Positions 1 through 8,495 of a DNA stretch of 64,000 nt are shown here, in pieces. The notes under the pieces were generated by a model. It was not told where the DNA came from, searched no databases, and saw nothing but the letters and a program-made list of their open reading frames with translations. Where the stretch lies: the IMG/VR virus record IMGVR_UViG_3300035675_000001, one strand, 5' to 3'. The translations under genes were made by a program, and so were the position numbers. Origin of the DNA: a virus (Duplodnaviria > Caudoviricetes). The first letter of the stretch is position 1, and each line of letters opens with the position of its first letter.

Positions 1-2
1 CC

Positions 3-140
3 GGCGCAACCAACCCAGGCTGCGTCAACATCTACCGGGAATACATGAACTGGCACATGCAGTGGACCGATGAGGATGCAGAAGTCCAGGTGCCGGTAGA
101 GCGAGCGTTGGACGTGATCCGCCGCTACGGAGCACTGTAG
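3..140 (+). CDS. 5'-truncated hypothetical protein
   Basis: Open frame from the window edge (GATNPGCVNIYREYMNWHMQW...) to TAG at 138-140. Confidence 0.4.
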   Translation, partial: GATNPGCVNIYREYMNWHMQWTDEDAEVQVPVERALDVIRRYGAL

Positions 141-143
141 TTA
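138..143 (+). promoter_or_regulatory. Class III upstream motif TAGTTA (putative late promoter)
   Basis: TAGTTA, 4 nt, then ATG148; same geometry recurs before several structural genes. Confidence 0.6.
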
Positions 144-147
144 GGAC

Positions 148-819
148 ATGAAGCGCAGTATCCAGGAAATCGGTATGGAAGGCTTTGACGATCCAGGCCC
201 TCAGCCCAACAAGTGGGCGGGCCGGATGAAGTGGAAGCCGCACGGCAACCCGCGCCTCCATCCCGACGAAGAAGCCGCCTTGGCCCAAGGCCAGCCCGGC
301 GACATGCCGGAGCCGACCGACATCTCGGCTGACGATCTCCTGGACCGTCCTCCCACCGTCGCCCCTCACGTTTCCAACGTCCAGCCCGTCCGTGGCGGCT
401 TGGAAGAACCAGGGACCGCAGTCCCGATCAGGCAAAAGAGCCGGTTCGATCTGCCCAAGCCGCAGATGGAGCCGATGCGCTTTGCCGGAGCTGCCGACAT
501 CGACCGGCTGATGGCTGAGATCAAAGCCGAAGAAGCGAAACCACCGCATCAGCAGAACGCGGCCAAGATCGCTCAGCTCAAAGCCGACGCGATGGAGCTG
601 ATGTCCCAGGAAGAATCCCAGCGGGTCCAGCGCATGGCGGACAGGCTGATTCCCCGCGTGGACGAAGTGAAGATTTACGCCACGAGCACCAAGCCGTATC
701 CCGGCTCAACTTCCCGTGAAAAGGAAGCGCCCGCCAAGCCCAAGGCAGGCTGGCAGAAGCTCTGTCGCCACTGCGGCAAACCGAGCGGCACCAAAGACGT
801 TTGCGGCTGCCGAGATTAA
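148..819 (+). CDS. Hypothetical protein, Pro/acidic-rich, with C-terminal CxxC...C Zn ribbon
   Basis: 223 aa ORF with GC3-biased codons; ends CRHCGKPSGTKDVCGC. Confidence 0.7.
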   Translation: MKRSIQEIGMEGFDDPGPQPNKWAGRMKWKPHGNPRLHPDEEAALAQGQPGDMPEPTDISADDLLDRPPTVAPHVSNVQPVRGGLEEPGTAVPIRQKSRFDLPKPQMEPMRFAGAADIDRLMAEIKAEEAKPPHQQNAAKIAQLKADAMELMSQEESQRVQRMADRLIPRVDEVKIYATSTKPYPGSTSREKEAPAKPKAGWQKLCRHCGKPSGTKDVCGCRD

Positions 820-1070
820 GTTCCAGGAGGAACGACCTTCTCCGGCTTGCGGCCCTCGAAGATTTGGAGGCGGATGCTCTCCGGCAAGCCTTCATTCCCG
901 CCCGCCCAGTGAAGCTGTAGCTGGTTCAACCAGGTCAGCACTCCCACTGTTTCCTGGAGCGACTTCTTCTCGTCGTCATTCAGGATGGGGTTGGTTCGGA
1001 GGACGCCGGAGATCACGTCCGCCTGCTTTTTGAAGGGCGTCTTTGTAAACTTTTGCTCTTTGACTGGCAT
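816..1070 (-). CDS. Hypothetical protein (84 aa)
   Basis: MPVKEQKFTKTPF... fills the gap between plus-strand genes. Confidence 0.55.
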   Translation of the reverse strand: MPVKEQKFTKTPFKKQADVISGVLRTNPILNDDEKKSLQETVGVLTWLNQLQLHWAGGNEGLPESIRLQIFEGRKPEKVVPPGT

Positions 1071-1169
1071 ACACCAGGAAGAACGGCTTTCAGCGAGCTG
1101 GTTTGGGATGCAACTATTTTGTTTACATTTTCGATTGAGCGTGGGATATTGCCCTGGAAATCGTTCTGT

Positions 1170-1526
1170 ATGAAACTGAAACTGACCATACTTGCTGTGG
1201 GTTTGCTCGCCTCCGGGTGCGCGAACCAGTATTACACCGGGGCGTCCGGTCCAGGCCATGCCCAGCTCATGGAGAGCGGGCCGATGACTCTGGTCAACAA
1301 CACGCCCTGCCGCCTCAACGTCACCATCGACAGCGCCCTGGTTTACACCAACGTCGCTCCGGGCCAGACGGTTCCGATCCACGGCTCGGCCTGGGTGCCC
1401 AGGACGCCGGTGATTGTGACCGGCTACGACGACAAGGGCAAATACGTCGGGGCCAACGACTGGATATTCTACAACGGCCAGGCGCAGGTGTGGAGGGTCG
1501 AAGAACTCAAGAAGCCTACTTACTGA
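1170..1526 (+). CDS. Putative lipoprotein
   Basis: MKLKLTILAVGLLASG-C: signal peptide II with lipobox. Confidence 0.75.
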   Translation: MKLKLTILAVGLLASGCANQYYTGASGPGHAQLMESGPMTLVNNTPCRLNVTIDSALVYTNVAPGQTVPIHGSAWVPRTPVIVTGYDDKGKYVGANDWIFYNGQAQVWRVEELKKPTY

Positions 1527-1527
1527 T

Positions 1528-1938
1528 ATGCGAGTCCTTGTCGTTGACGAAGCCGCCAAAGCACGAGCCGCCGCGTTGCGGGAATACGTGCTGGCGCACA
1601 AAGAAAACCTGAACAGCCTGGTGGAGCGGATGAGCCGCAGAGGCCCGGTCCCCGGCGACAACCCCAACTTTGTCCTGGAGCTGTTCGACGGCTGGCGAGT
1701 CGTCATGACCCTGGAGCAGCAGCCGCCTCCCCCGGACGGACCAGGCTGGTGCTACCACATCTCGATCTCGGTCGCGCCCCGGCGCGGCGGGGGCGGCGGA
1801 GGCTACCCCAACCCCATCGCCATCGAGCACCAACTGCTGCCGCTCCTGGGCATCAAGGGCACCATCAAAGATGCCGTCAACAGCAAGACGGTCGGCAACG
1901 TCGTCGAGCTATGGTTCAAATACGAAGGCCCGGAATGA
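1528..1938 (+). CDS. Hypothetical protein
   Basis: 136 aa ORF tightly packed in the operon. Confidence 0.7.
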   Translation: MRVLVVDEAAKARAAALREYVLAHKENLNSLVERMSRRGPVPGDNPNFVLELFDGWRVVMTLEQQPPPPDGPGWCYHISISVAPRRGGGGGGYPNPIAIEHQLLPLLGIKGTIKDAVNSKTVGNVVELWFKYEGPE

Positions 1939-2192
1939 GCACCAAGACGTTTGTCGGCATCGGCATCGTCGGCCTGTTCGTCCTGTTCGTGCTGGAGCAT
2001 TACCAGCGAAAGCCCGCTGAGCCGGTCAAGGCTGTATCGACGAATACGACCTCGACCAACAACCCCTATCTCCAGGCCGCGCTGAGCAACGCCCTGATGC
2101 GCGTCCGGGCTGATCTCGCCAAGGAGACCAACGCCGCTGAGATCGCCAAACTCCGGGCTGCGGAGCACTCGATAACGAACACGCTGAAATGA
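1935..2192 (+). CDS. Small membrane-anchored protein
   Basis: ATGA overlap; N-terminal TM segment FVGIGIVGLFVLFVL. Confidence 0.65.
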   Translation: MSTKTFVGIGIVGLFVLFVLEHYQRKPAEPVKAVSTNTTSTNNPYLQAALSNALMRVRADLAKETNAAEIAKLRAAEHSITNTLK

Positions 2193-2440
2193 ATCTGCCC
2201 GACCTCATCGACATCACTGGACCCCAGGTGGTGGAAGTCCAGGTGAGCCACGACTGCCGCAAGCTGTGGATCAACGTCAACGGCAAGTGCGTGCTGCGCT
2301 GCTGCCAGATTGAAAACCTGGTGACCGAATCCCTCGACCAAAAACCTGTTCTATCTGAGGATGCGAATGCTGCCACAGGAAATACCGAAGACCATCCGCC
2401 AGGCAATGGCGATGGCCAACTACAAGAAAGCCGAGCCTGA
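2189..2440 (+). CDS. Hypothetical protein
   Basis: ATGA overlap with the previous gene; 3' end overlaps the next ORF. Confidence 0.5.
   Translation: MNLPDLIDITGPQVVEVQVSHDCRKLWINVNGKCVLRCCQIENLVTESLDQKPVLSEDANAATGNTEDHPPGNGDGQLQESRA
2348..2352 (+). promoter_or_regulatory. Class II upstream motif GTTCT
   Basis: GTTCT, 8 nt, then ATG2361. Confidence 0.45.
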
Positions 2441-2651
2441 GATCAGGTTGGCTTTCATGATCGGTTACCTCTGTGGTGCCGGTGTCTCCAGTCAGATGCG
2501 AGGGAAAGGCCCCAATGCTTTCCGCAGATGGCTGGTGAGCAGGCACAAGGAGGTTGACAGCCTGTGTGCAGAGTTCGACGAGGCCCTGTTGAGAGATGTT
2601 GCCGTCCACTTGGCCACGTTCCAGGCAAAAAAGGCAGCACAGAAAAACTGA
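2361..2651 (+). CDS. Hypothetical protein
   Basis: 96 aa ORF preceded by the class II motif. Confidence 0.6.
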   Translation: MRMLPQEIPKTIRQAMAMANYKKAEPEIRLAFMIGYLCGAGVSSQMRGKGPNAFRRWLVSRHKEVDSLCAEFDEALLRDVAVHLATFQAKKAAQKN

Positions 2652-2654
2652 ACT

Positions 2655-2897
2655 ATGAACGGACAAATCCCAGTCATTCAACGCCCGGTCCAACTCGATG
2701 TCGTCAAAGTCAGCGACACGAAGGAAATGGAGACCGAGATCAACAAGCGCCTCAAAGACGGCTTCCTGTTCCACGGGGACATGAAGATCGTGACGGTGGG
2801 CGGCGAGCTGGTTTACATCCAGGCGATGGTCAAAACCGAAATCGTGCCCATGCAGATGCCCCGTGGTTCGGGCAGCAACATCCTGGTCCCGCAGTGA
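2655..2897 (+). CDS. DUF1737-like small protein
   Basis: Pattern EINKRLKDGFLFHG...YIQAMVK resembles DUF1737. Confidence 0.55.
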   Translation: MNGQIPVIQRPVQLDVVKVSDTKEMETEINKRLKDGFLFHGDMKIVTVGGELVYIQAMVKTEIVPMQMPRGSGSNILVPQ

Positions 2898-3088
2898 GGC
2901 TGAACGAGATCATCACCAGCCGCACCAACGGCAAGCAATACCGCGTTACCCGCATTTCAGAGACGCACATCTGGATTCGATGGGTAGCTTACGGCGACCG
3001 CCGTGGGCTATCCCATCGTCTCCTGCGGGAATACGTGGAGGAAAACTATGACCGACCCAACAAGGAATCCCATGCTGAGCGACGCTGA
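2894..3088 (+). CDS. Hypothetical protein
   Basis: GTGA overlap; MRLNEIITSRTNGKQYRV... Confidence 0.55.
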   Translation: MRLNEIITSRTNGKQYRVTRISETHIWIRWVAYGDRRGLSHRLLREYVEENYDRPNKESHAERR

Positions 3089-3323
3089 AATCGAGAATCG
3101 TTTCACCTACCACAAGCCAGTCGGTGACCAGCCCCAACGCTACGAAGCCCTGCGGAACAAGGCCAAGGAACTGGCCCTCATGATCCGCGACCTGTGCCCG
3201 GACAGCCGCGAACGCAGCCACGCCCTGACGCAGCTTGAGGACACGGTGATGTGGGCCAACGCCTCCATCGCCCGCAGCAAGCCCGTCGATCAAACCCCGC
3301 CCCTGCCTGGCCTGGTTTCGTGA
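3072..3323 (+). CDS. Acb2/Tad1 hairpin-domain-like protein (possible cyclic-nucleotide sponge)
   Basis: IENRFTYHKP...CPDSRERSHALTQLEDTVMWANASIAR resembles the Tad1 C-terminal helix pattern (RE..A.TKLEEA.MW); start could be 3048. Confidence 0.55.
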   Translation: MLSDAEIENRFTYHKPVGDQPQRYEALRNKAKELALMIRDLCPDSRERSHALTQLEDTVMWANASIARSKPVDQTPPLPGLVS

Positions 3324-3535
3324 GCGCCTGCAAGCACCACTGGGTCCACCTGGAGACCAAGCAGGAGCACAGCAGCTCCGGCTATGGAGAGTTCCATCGC
3401 CGCGACGTGTATCACTGCGACAAGTGCCTGGAGCTGGCCGTGAAGGAGCAGTATTACTACGGCAAGGGAGGCGGCGATACCCATGTGCCGGACTGGTTCA
3501 CCGGCCCGGTCCCTGGACGTGGCAACCGCTACTGA
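3320..3535 (+). CDS. Small Zn-finger-like protein
   Basis: CKHHW...YHCDKC; GTGA overlap. Confidence 0.6.
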   Translation: MSACKHHWVHLETKQEHSSSGYGEFHRRDVYHCDKCLELAVKEQYYYGKGGGDTHVPDWFTGPVPGRGNRY

Positions 3536-3536
3536 T

Positions 3537-3842
3537 ATGCCTGACATCAAAAACGTGAAGGTTGGCCAGACGCTCTACACGGTGCGCCGTGAGCAGGCTG
3601 GCAACACCACCATGCGTCGCACGGCGATCCACTCGGTCACCGTGAAGGAGATTGACCCGCAACTGCGCTGGGTCTTGGCCTCCTGGAATTACAACCCCGC
3701 CCAAAAATACTATGCCCGCCACGTCCGCCAGTGGAAAGTCAACGACCCGCGTAAAAGAGGTCAAGCTCAACCTGGTGTCCACGCCGATCAAAGCCCGGAC
3801 ACGAAAGCTCGTGTGGAAACCAAAACCCCCGACTGGACCTGA
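3537..3842 (+). CDS. Hypothetical protein
   Basis: MPDIKNVKVGQTLYTV...; start lies 1 nt after the upstream stop. Confidence 0.6.
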   Translation: MPDIKNVKVGQTLYTVRREQAGNTTMRRTAIHSVTVKEIDPQLRWVLASWNYNPAQKYYARHVRQWKVNDPRKRGQAQPGVHADQSPDTKARVETKTPDWT

Positions 3843-4359
3843 CCCAATCAAGCCGGAGCAATACCTCGGCTCCTGGGGCACGACCTATAACGCCGAGGGC
3901 GCACGCGCCTGCGGCTACATGTGCCTGCCGGTCCTCCAGGACTTGTGGGGCCGCAAACTCGACGAGGTTGTCATGGCCTACGTCCACGCGCTCCGGCCCA
4001 GTATGGTCCGCATCGCCGACAAGGGCATCAAGCTCGACTCCCGACGCTGGCGCGTCACCATTTGGGTGCGGAAGCACGGACGCAGCCGCTTCGTCAACCG
4101 CATCGAGCAGGAGGTCGAAGTGCTGCTGCCCGAAGGCGTGGCGCACGGTGACGCTCTCCGCCTGGCCCGGCGCTACGGCATCAACTCTCCCCAGGTGAAA
4201 TGGCACCGGGACGCGACCGGCTACACGATGATGTCGGCCTCCCTGGGCGGCGGCTACTGGAAGACCACGGAGAAAGGCTCCGTGAAGTGGAAGTTCAAAC
4301 AAGGCAAACCCAACCCCAAACTCTGGCACAATGCGCGAATTACAAGCTCTCGGCGTTAA
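3652..4359 (+). CDS. Hypothetical protein (start uncertain)
   Basis: 235 aa ORF; core ALRPSMVRI...DSRRWRVTIW looks like a real phage protein. Confidence 0.55.
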   Translation: MTRNCAGSWPPGITTPPKNTMPATSASGKSTTRVKEVKLNLVSTPIKARTRKLVWKPKPPTGPDPIKPEQYLGSWGTTYNAEGARACGYMCLPVLQDLWGRKLDEVVMAYVHALRPSMVRIADKGIKLDSRRWRVTIWVRKHGRSRFVNRIEQEVEVLLPEGVAHGDALRLARRYGINSPQVKWHRDATGYTMMSASLGGGYWKTTEKGSVKWKFKQGKPNPKLWHNARITSSRR

Positions 4360-4966
4360 GAACATCACGGACAAGGCCGACGTTCACCACTCCTTCAAGG
4401 GAGTGAGCTACCTGGATGTTTACGAATCCTACTTCGCGCCAGTGCGCGAACAGACGCGGGTAGTCCTGGAGCTGGGCGTGCTGGCGGGCCACTCGCTCAT
4501 GACCTGGCGCGACTACTTCCCGAACGCCGAGGTTTGGGGCATCGACATCGACCCGGCCTGCAACATGAACCACGGCCCGCGCACCCATGTCGTGACCGGC
4601 AGCCAGGCCGACCCGGAAGCCATCGCCAAGGCCGCGCCCGGCCAGGAGTTCGACATCGTGGTGGATGACGGCAGTCACCTGGTCGTCCACCTGATCGAGA
4701 GCTTCAAGCTGATCTGGCCCCGCGTCAGGCCGGGCGGTTACTACGTGATGGAAGACCTGGGTTGCACCTACTTCGACACCACGCCCTGGTCGAAGGTCTG
4801 GCCGGGCCAGCACTACAACCCGGAAGGCACCGACTTCAACAACAACCGGGCCAAGCTCAACGAGTTCTTTTTCTCCCTCATCCAGCCATTGGACGGCCTC
4901 TACGGGGACGTGCGCTTCGTCCACTTCCATCCCATGCAATGCTTCATCAGGAAGGTGGAGCTGTAG
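4331..4966 (+). CDS. Class I SAM-dependent methyltransferase (Methyltransf_24-like, sugar O-methyltransferase type)
   Basis: VLELGVLAGHS, GIDID, DIVVDDGSH and GGYYVMED motifs. Confidence 0.85.
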   Translation: MRELQALGVKNITDKADVHHSFKGVSYLDVYESYFAPVREQTRVVLELGVLAGHSLMTWRDYFPNAEVWGIDIDPACNMNHGPRTHVVTGSQADPEAIAKAAPGQEFDIVVDDGSHLVVHLIESFKLIWPRVRPGGYYVMEDLGCTYFDTTPWSKVWPGQHYNPEGTDFNNNRAKLNEFFFSLIQPLDGLYGDVRFVHFHPMQCFIRKVEL

Positions 4967-4988
4967 TTACTTTGGCAGTTAGCTGCGA

Positions 4989-5192
4989 GTGTTTGTGCAT
5001 CACTCGCGTTGTCTAAACCAAAGCCAGCCGCCTGGCCCTCACCTGGCGGCTGGTCCTAAACAGTTGACAGATAAGCAGAAAGACATACTCAAAGTAGCCC
5101 TGGCCTGGACCGTCATTATCGGCTTGGAGGTCGGTTGGATCATCTACCTGTTCGTTTTCGGAGGCCCCCTTCCCTGGCTGGACAAGCCCTAA
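4989..5192 (+). CDS. Small membrane protein
   Basis: One long hydrophobic helix (VALAWTVIIGLEVGWIIYLFVF). Confidence 0.5.
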   Translation: MFVHHSRCLNQSQPPGPHLAAGPKQLTDKQKDILKVALAWTVIIGLEVGWIIYLFVFGGPLPWLDKP

Positions 5193-5222
5193 AAATAATT
5201 TCACTTTTTTGCACTATCCCTC

Positions 5223-5251
5223 TTGACGTGGGACTCGGTTTCGTTTACATT
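5223..5251 (+). promoter_or_regulatory. Class I sigma70-like promoter (early)
   Basis: TTGACG, 17 nt, TACATT, 10 nt, ATG5262; AT-rich UP-like tract upstream. Confidence 0.8.
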
Positions 5252-5261
5252 CATCACCAGA

Positions 5262-7034
5262 ATGAATGCTACGAACATCACAGTCGAGTCACTGGAAGCC
5301 CTCCTTCACTGGAGCAAACCCACCATCGTCACCAACGCTCGCGGCGTCCGCCAGCTCCGCACTGCCGCTCCCCACGGCCAGTTCTGGTCCCTGTGGCGCA
5401 GCAGCAAACCCGCCCTCCAGGCCCTCGGCGTCAGCCCGAAGCTGGACGGCGACACCTGGATCATCAACTGGTATCAAGACCCGCCCCAGGCTGCCGCCGC
5501 TGCCGCCCGCCCCTTCGTCCTTCCTGAGACCAAGTATGCCTGGTCCGACGAGCAGGTCGCCATCTTCAAGTGGTTCCACTCCGGCACCGGCTCCCTCGTA
5601 GTTCGCGCCCGCGCTGGCACGGGCAAGACCACCACCATCAAGGCCGCGTTCAGCGTCGCCCCCGAAGAAAAGATGCTCTACGCCGTGTTCAACAAGAAGA
5701 ACCAGGTCGAAGCCGCCCAGGCCATCACCGACCCCCGCGTCGAGATCAAGACCCTCCACAGCATCGGCTTCATGTTCATCCAGCAGGTCTGGCCGCAGTC
5801 CAAGCCCACCGACGACGTTGAGATCGACCGCGTGGAGAAGATCGTCGGCGAGCAGCAGCCCAAGGAAGTGAAGACCCAGGTCAAGAAGCTCGTGGCCTTC
5901 GCCAAGAACACCCTCATCAACCCGACCCTGGAGGAGATGGTTGACCTCGCCGAAGAACGCGACATCGAGTGCGCCAACTTCGAGGCCCCGGAGAACGGCG
6001 GCTGGAACCGCATCATGCTCGCCCGCGCTGCCCTCCGCGTGATGGAGCTGTCCAAAGTCCGCGACGCCCAGGGCCGCATCAGCTTCAACGACATGGTTTG
6101 GCTCCCGGTCGCCATGAACTGGACCCGCGCCTGGTTCGACCTCGTGGTTGTGGACGAAGCCCAGGACATGAACCTGCCGCAGCTCACGATGGCCAAGGCC
6201 GCGTGCAAGCACGGTGGTCGGGTGTGCGTGGTGGGCGACGACCGCCAGGCCATCTATGGTTTCCGTGGCGCGGTCAGCGACGGCATGGACATGATGCGCC
6301 GGACCCTCAACGCCGCCGAGCTGGGCCTGACCATCACCTACCGCTGCCCCAAGAAGGTTGTGGCCCTCGCCGCCGCCATCGTCCCCGACTACCGCGCTGC
6401 TGACGCCGCCCCCGAAGGCGAAGTGCTCTCCTGCGAAGCCACGGCCATCAACGCGCAGGTTGTGGTGGGCGACGCGATCCTCAGCCGCTCCAACGCCCCG
6501 CTGATGCCGCTGTGCCTCTCCCTCCTCCGCAAAGGCATCCCGGCCCGCATCGAAGGCCGCGACCTGGGCAAAGCCCTCCTGGACATCGTGGAGAAGCTGA
6601 ACGCCCGCAGCGTCCCCGACTTCCTCCGCAAAGTCGAGCACTGGGCCGAGAAGCAGACCAACCGCTTCATGGACACCAAGCACTTCGAGGAGAAGGCCGA
6701 ACAGATTCAGGACCAGGCCGAAACCCTCCGCGCCATCGCCGAAGGCGCGAGCAGCGTCACCGAGGTCAAGAACCGCCTGACCTCGCTGTTCCAGGACACC
6801 GACGCGAACAGCAAGCCGACCGTGACCCTGAGCACGACCCACAAGGCCAAGGGCCTGGAGTGGACGAAGGTTTACATCCTGACCAAGACCTTCAACAAGA
6901 AGCGCCCCATCAACGCCGCGCCCCAGTCGCCCGAAGCCGCCGCCCAGGAGGCCAAGGAGCAGGCCAACATCTACTACGTGGCCATCACCCGCGCCAAGAT
7001 GACCTTGGTGCTCGCCAACGGGGACGTGCGGTAA
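5262..7034 (+). CDS. uvrD: UvrD/REP-family superfamily 1 helicase
   Basis: ARAGTGKTT (Walker A), VDEAQD, VGDDRQAIYGFRGA, TYRCP, STTHKAKGLEW, YYVAITRA. Confidence 0.93.
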   Translation: MNATNITVESLEALLHWSKPTIVTNARGVRQLRTAAPHGQFWSLWRSSKPALQALGVSPKLDGDTWIINWYQDPPQAAAAAARPFVLPETKYAWSDEQVAIFKWFHSGTGSLVVRARAGTGKTTTIKAAFSVAPEEKMLYAVFNKKNQVEAAQAITDPRVEIKTLHSIGFMFIQQVWPQSKPTDDVEIDRVEKIVGEQQPKEVKTQVKKLVAFAKNTLINPTLEEMVDLAEERDIECANFEAPENGGWNRIMLARAALRVMELSKVRDAQGRISFNDMVWLPVAMNWTRAWFDLVVVDEAQDMNLPQLTMAKAACKHGGRVCVVGDDRQAIYGFRGAVSDGMDMMRRTLNAAELGLTITYRCPKKVVALAAAIVPDYRAADAAPEGEVLSCEATAINAQVVVGDAILSRSNAPLMPLCLSLLRKGIPARIEGRDLGKALLDIVEKLNARSVPDFLRKVEHWAEKQTNRFMDTKHFEEKAEQIQDQAETLRAIAEGASSVTEVKNRLTSLFQDTDANSKPTVTLSTTHKAKGLEWTKVYILTKTFNKKRPINAAPQSPEAAAQEAKEQANIYYVAITRAKMTLVLANGDVR

Positions 7035-7042
7035 CCCAACCA

Positions 7043-7064
7043 GGGGGCGGGGCAACCCGCCCCC
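7043..7064 (+). terminator. GC-rich hairpin after the helicase (probable terminator or processing site)
   Basis: GGGGGCGGG-GCAA-CCCGCCCCC; U-tract is weak. Confidence 0.55.
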
Positions 7065-7079
7065 TCAACTCTTACACCT

Positions 7080-7769
7080 ATGATTAAACGCAAGATCACA
7101 GCCCCGGCGATGAAGAACCGCCAGGGCCTCCGCGTCGGCAAGACCATCCTGGAAGTGACCTACTTCGAGGACCGAGTGGGCGTGCCCTGGGCCGAGATGC
7201 GGCCCCTGGTCGCCTCCGCCTTCCGCCACGTCCAGAAGGAAGCCTTCCGCGACCACGGCACCGAGTTCATTCGCCGGTCCCGCGCCTGGAACACGACGCT
7301 CTTTCTCCACAAGAGCAGCCGTGGCTGGTGGGGCCGCAACGTCGGCAGCCGCTCGCGGGTCTTCATCGGCCCGCTCCACCCGGAGCCACGCCAGACCGTC
7401 TATCCCAAGTTCAAGGACATGCCCGTGTTCTGGCACATGGACTGGCGGGAGCACCTGGTCGGCCTCGTGGCGCACGAGCTGTGGCACCGCTGGCAGCCCG
7501 GCCACGGCAAGCCCGCCGAGATGATGTGCGAGACCGTCGAGCAGGACGCCATCGACACCTACCGGCGCGAGCAGGGTTACACCTTCAAGCCAGTGACCGT
7601 TCACCACGAGCCGGGCGAGTTCGCCCGCTGCCCCCAGGAAAGTTGCGTGGATTGCAGGCAGCCCACGCCCTACTGGATGGAGGACCAGCACACCCCGCTG
7701 TGCCAGGGCTGCTGCGACAAGCGCAACCTGGCGATGGCCAAGGCAGCCCGGAATGGAGGCCAGCCGTGA
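7080..7769 (+). CDS. Hypothetical protein with HExxH motif and C-terminal Zn finger
   Basis: VAHELWH; CVDC...LCQGC. Confidence 0.65.
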   Translation: MIKRKITAPAMKNRQGLRVGKTILEVTYFEDRVGVPWAEMRPLVASAFRHVQKEAFRDHGTEFIRRSRAWNTTLFLHKSSRGWWGRNVGSRSRVFIGPLHPEPRQTVYPKFKDMPVFWHMDWREHLVGLVAHELWHRWQPGHGKPAEMMCETVEQDAIDTYRREQGYTFKPVTVHHEPGEFARCPQESCVDCRQPTPYWMEDQHTPLCQGCCDKRNLAMAKAARNGGQP

Positions 7770-8044
7770 AGGACCGCGTAGCTGAAACCCTGGACCGGCT
7801 GGCCAAATGCTCCTGGATACTCCAAGCCGTCAAGCGGCTGGGCCTGCCGCCGCGCCCGCCTGAACTGGCCAAGAAGGACGCCGCCGACTTCAAGCGGGAC
7901 GTGCTCTACATCCTGAAACGGATGCCGGGCGGCAACACCGAAGCCAACCGCAAACTGCTCCACGAGCAGATCAACGAGATGGTCAAGTTCCTCAACGAGC
8001 ACGACGAGGACATCCGTTTCACCCCTCGAAAAAAGAAGAAATAA
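7766..8044 (+). CDS. Hypothetical protein
   Basis: GTGA overlap; MKDRVAETLDRLAK... Confidence 0.6.
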   Translation: MKDRVAETLDRLAKCSWILQAVKRLGLPPRPPELAKKDAADFKRDVLYILKRMPGGNTEANRKLLHEQINEMVKFLNEHDEDIRFTPRKKKK

Positions 8045-8058
8045 ATGCACTTACACTC

Positions 8059-8087
8059 TTGACCTGGGACTTTGAATCGTTTACATT
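8059..8087 (+). promoter_or_regulatory. Class I sigma70-like promoter (leaderless geometry)
   Basis: TTGACC, 17 nt, TACATT, 7 nt, ATG8095. Confidence 0.8.
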
Positions 8088-8094
8088 TCGACGT

Positions 8095-8472
8095 ATGAAA
8101 ATTGAATTACATATCAACGACACCACCTGGGGCCTCTTTGTTGATGGCGTCCAGACTGCGAATGGCTTGGTCGAGGGCGACAATCAGCCCCGCACCTTTG
8201 GCATCCACTCCAAGACCGGCGCGACCGAGTTCTATCTCGATGGCAAGGTCAGCAACCCGGAGCACGCCCGCGATGGCCGCAAGCCCCGCTGGATCACCGG
8301 CGACAAGCTCAAGGACTGGATCATCCACACCGAGACCCCTGCCGAGCGAGCCGCGCTCCTGGCCGACATGATCGCCAGCGAAGCCTACAGCCAGGTCCAC
8401 GACCGGGCCATAGCCGAGGAGCAGGAACGCCGACGCCGCCAGGTCGCGGGCGGGGGCGGGCTGGCCAGCTAA
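8095..8472 (+). CDS. Hypothetical early protein
   Basis: MKIELHINDTTWGLF...; directly behind the class I promoter. Confidence 0.7.
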   Translation: MKIELHINDTTWGLFVDGVQTANGLVEGDNQPRTFGIHSKTGATEFYLDGKVSNPEHARDGRKPRWITGDKLKDWIIHTETPAERAALLADMIASEAYSQVHDRAIAEEQERRRRQVAGGGGLAS

Positions 8473-8495
8473 ACCGTTCTACCCTCTAAAACGCT

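Noticed and set aside
3537-4359. Programmed frameshift joining 3537-3842 to 3652-4359
   Set aside because: The overlap can be explained by an uncertain start; no clear slippery heptamer with a downstream structure was found.
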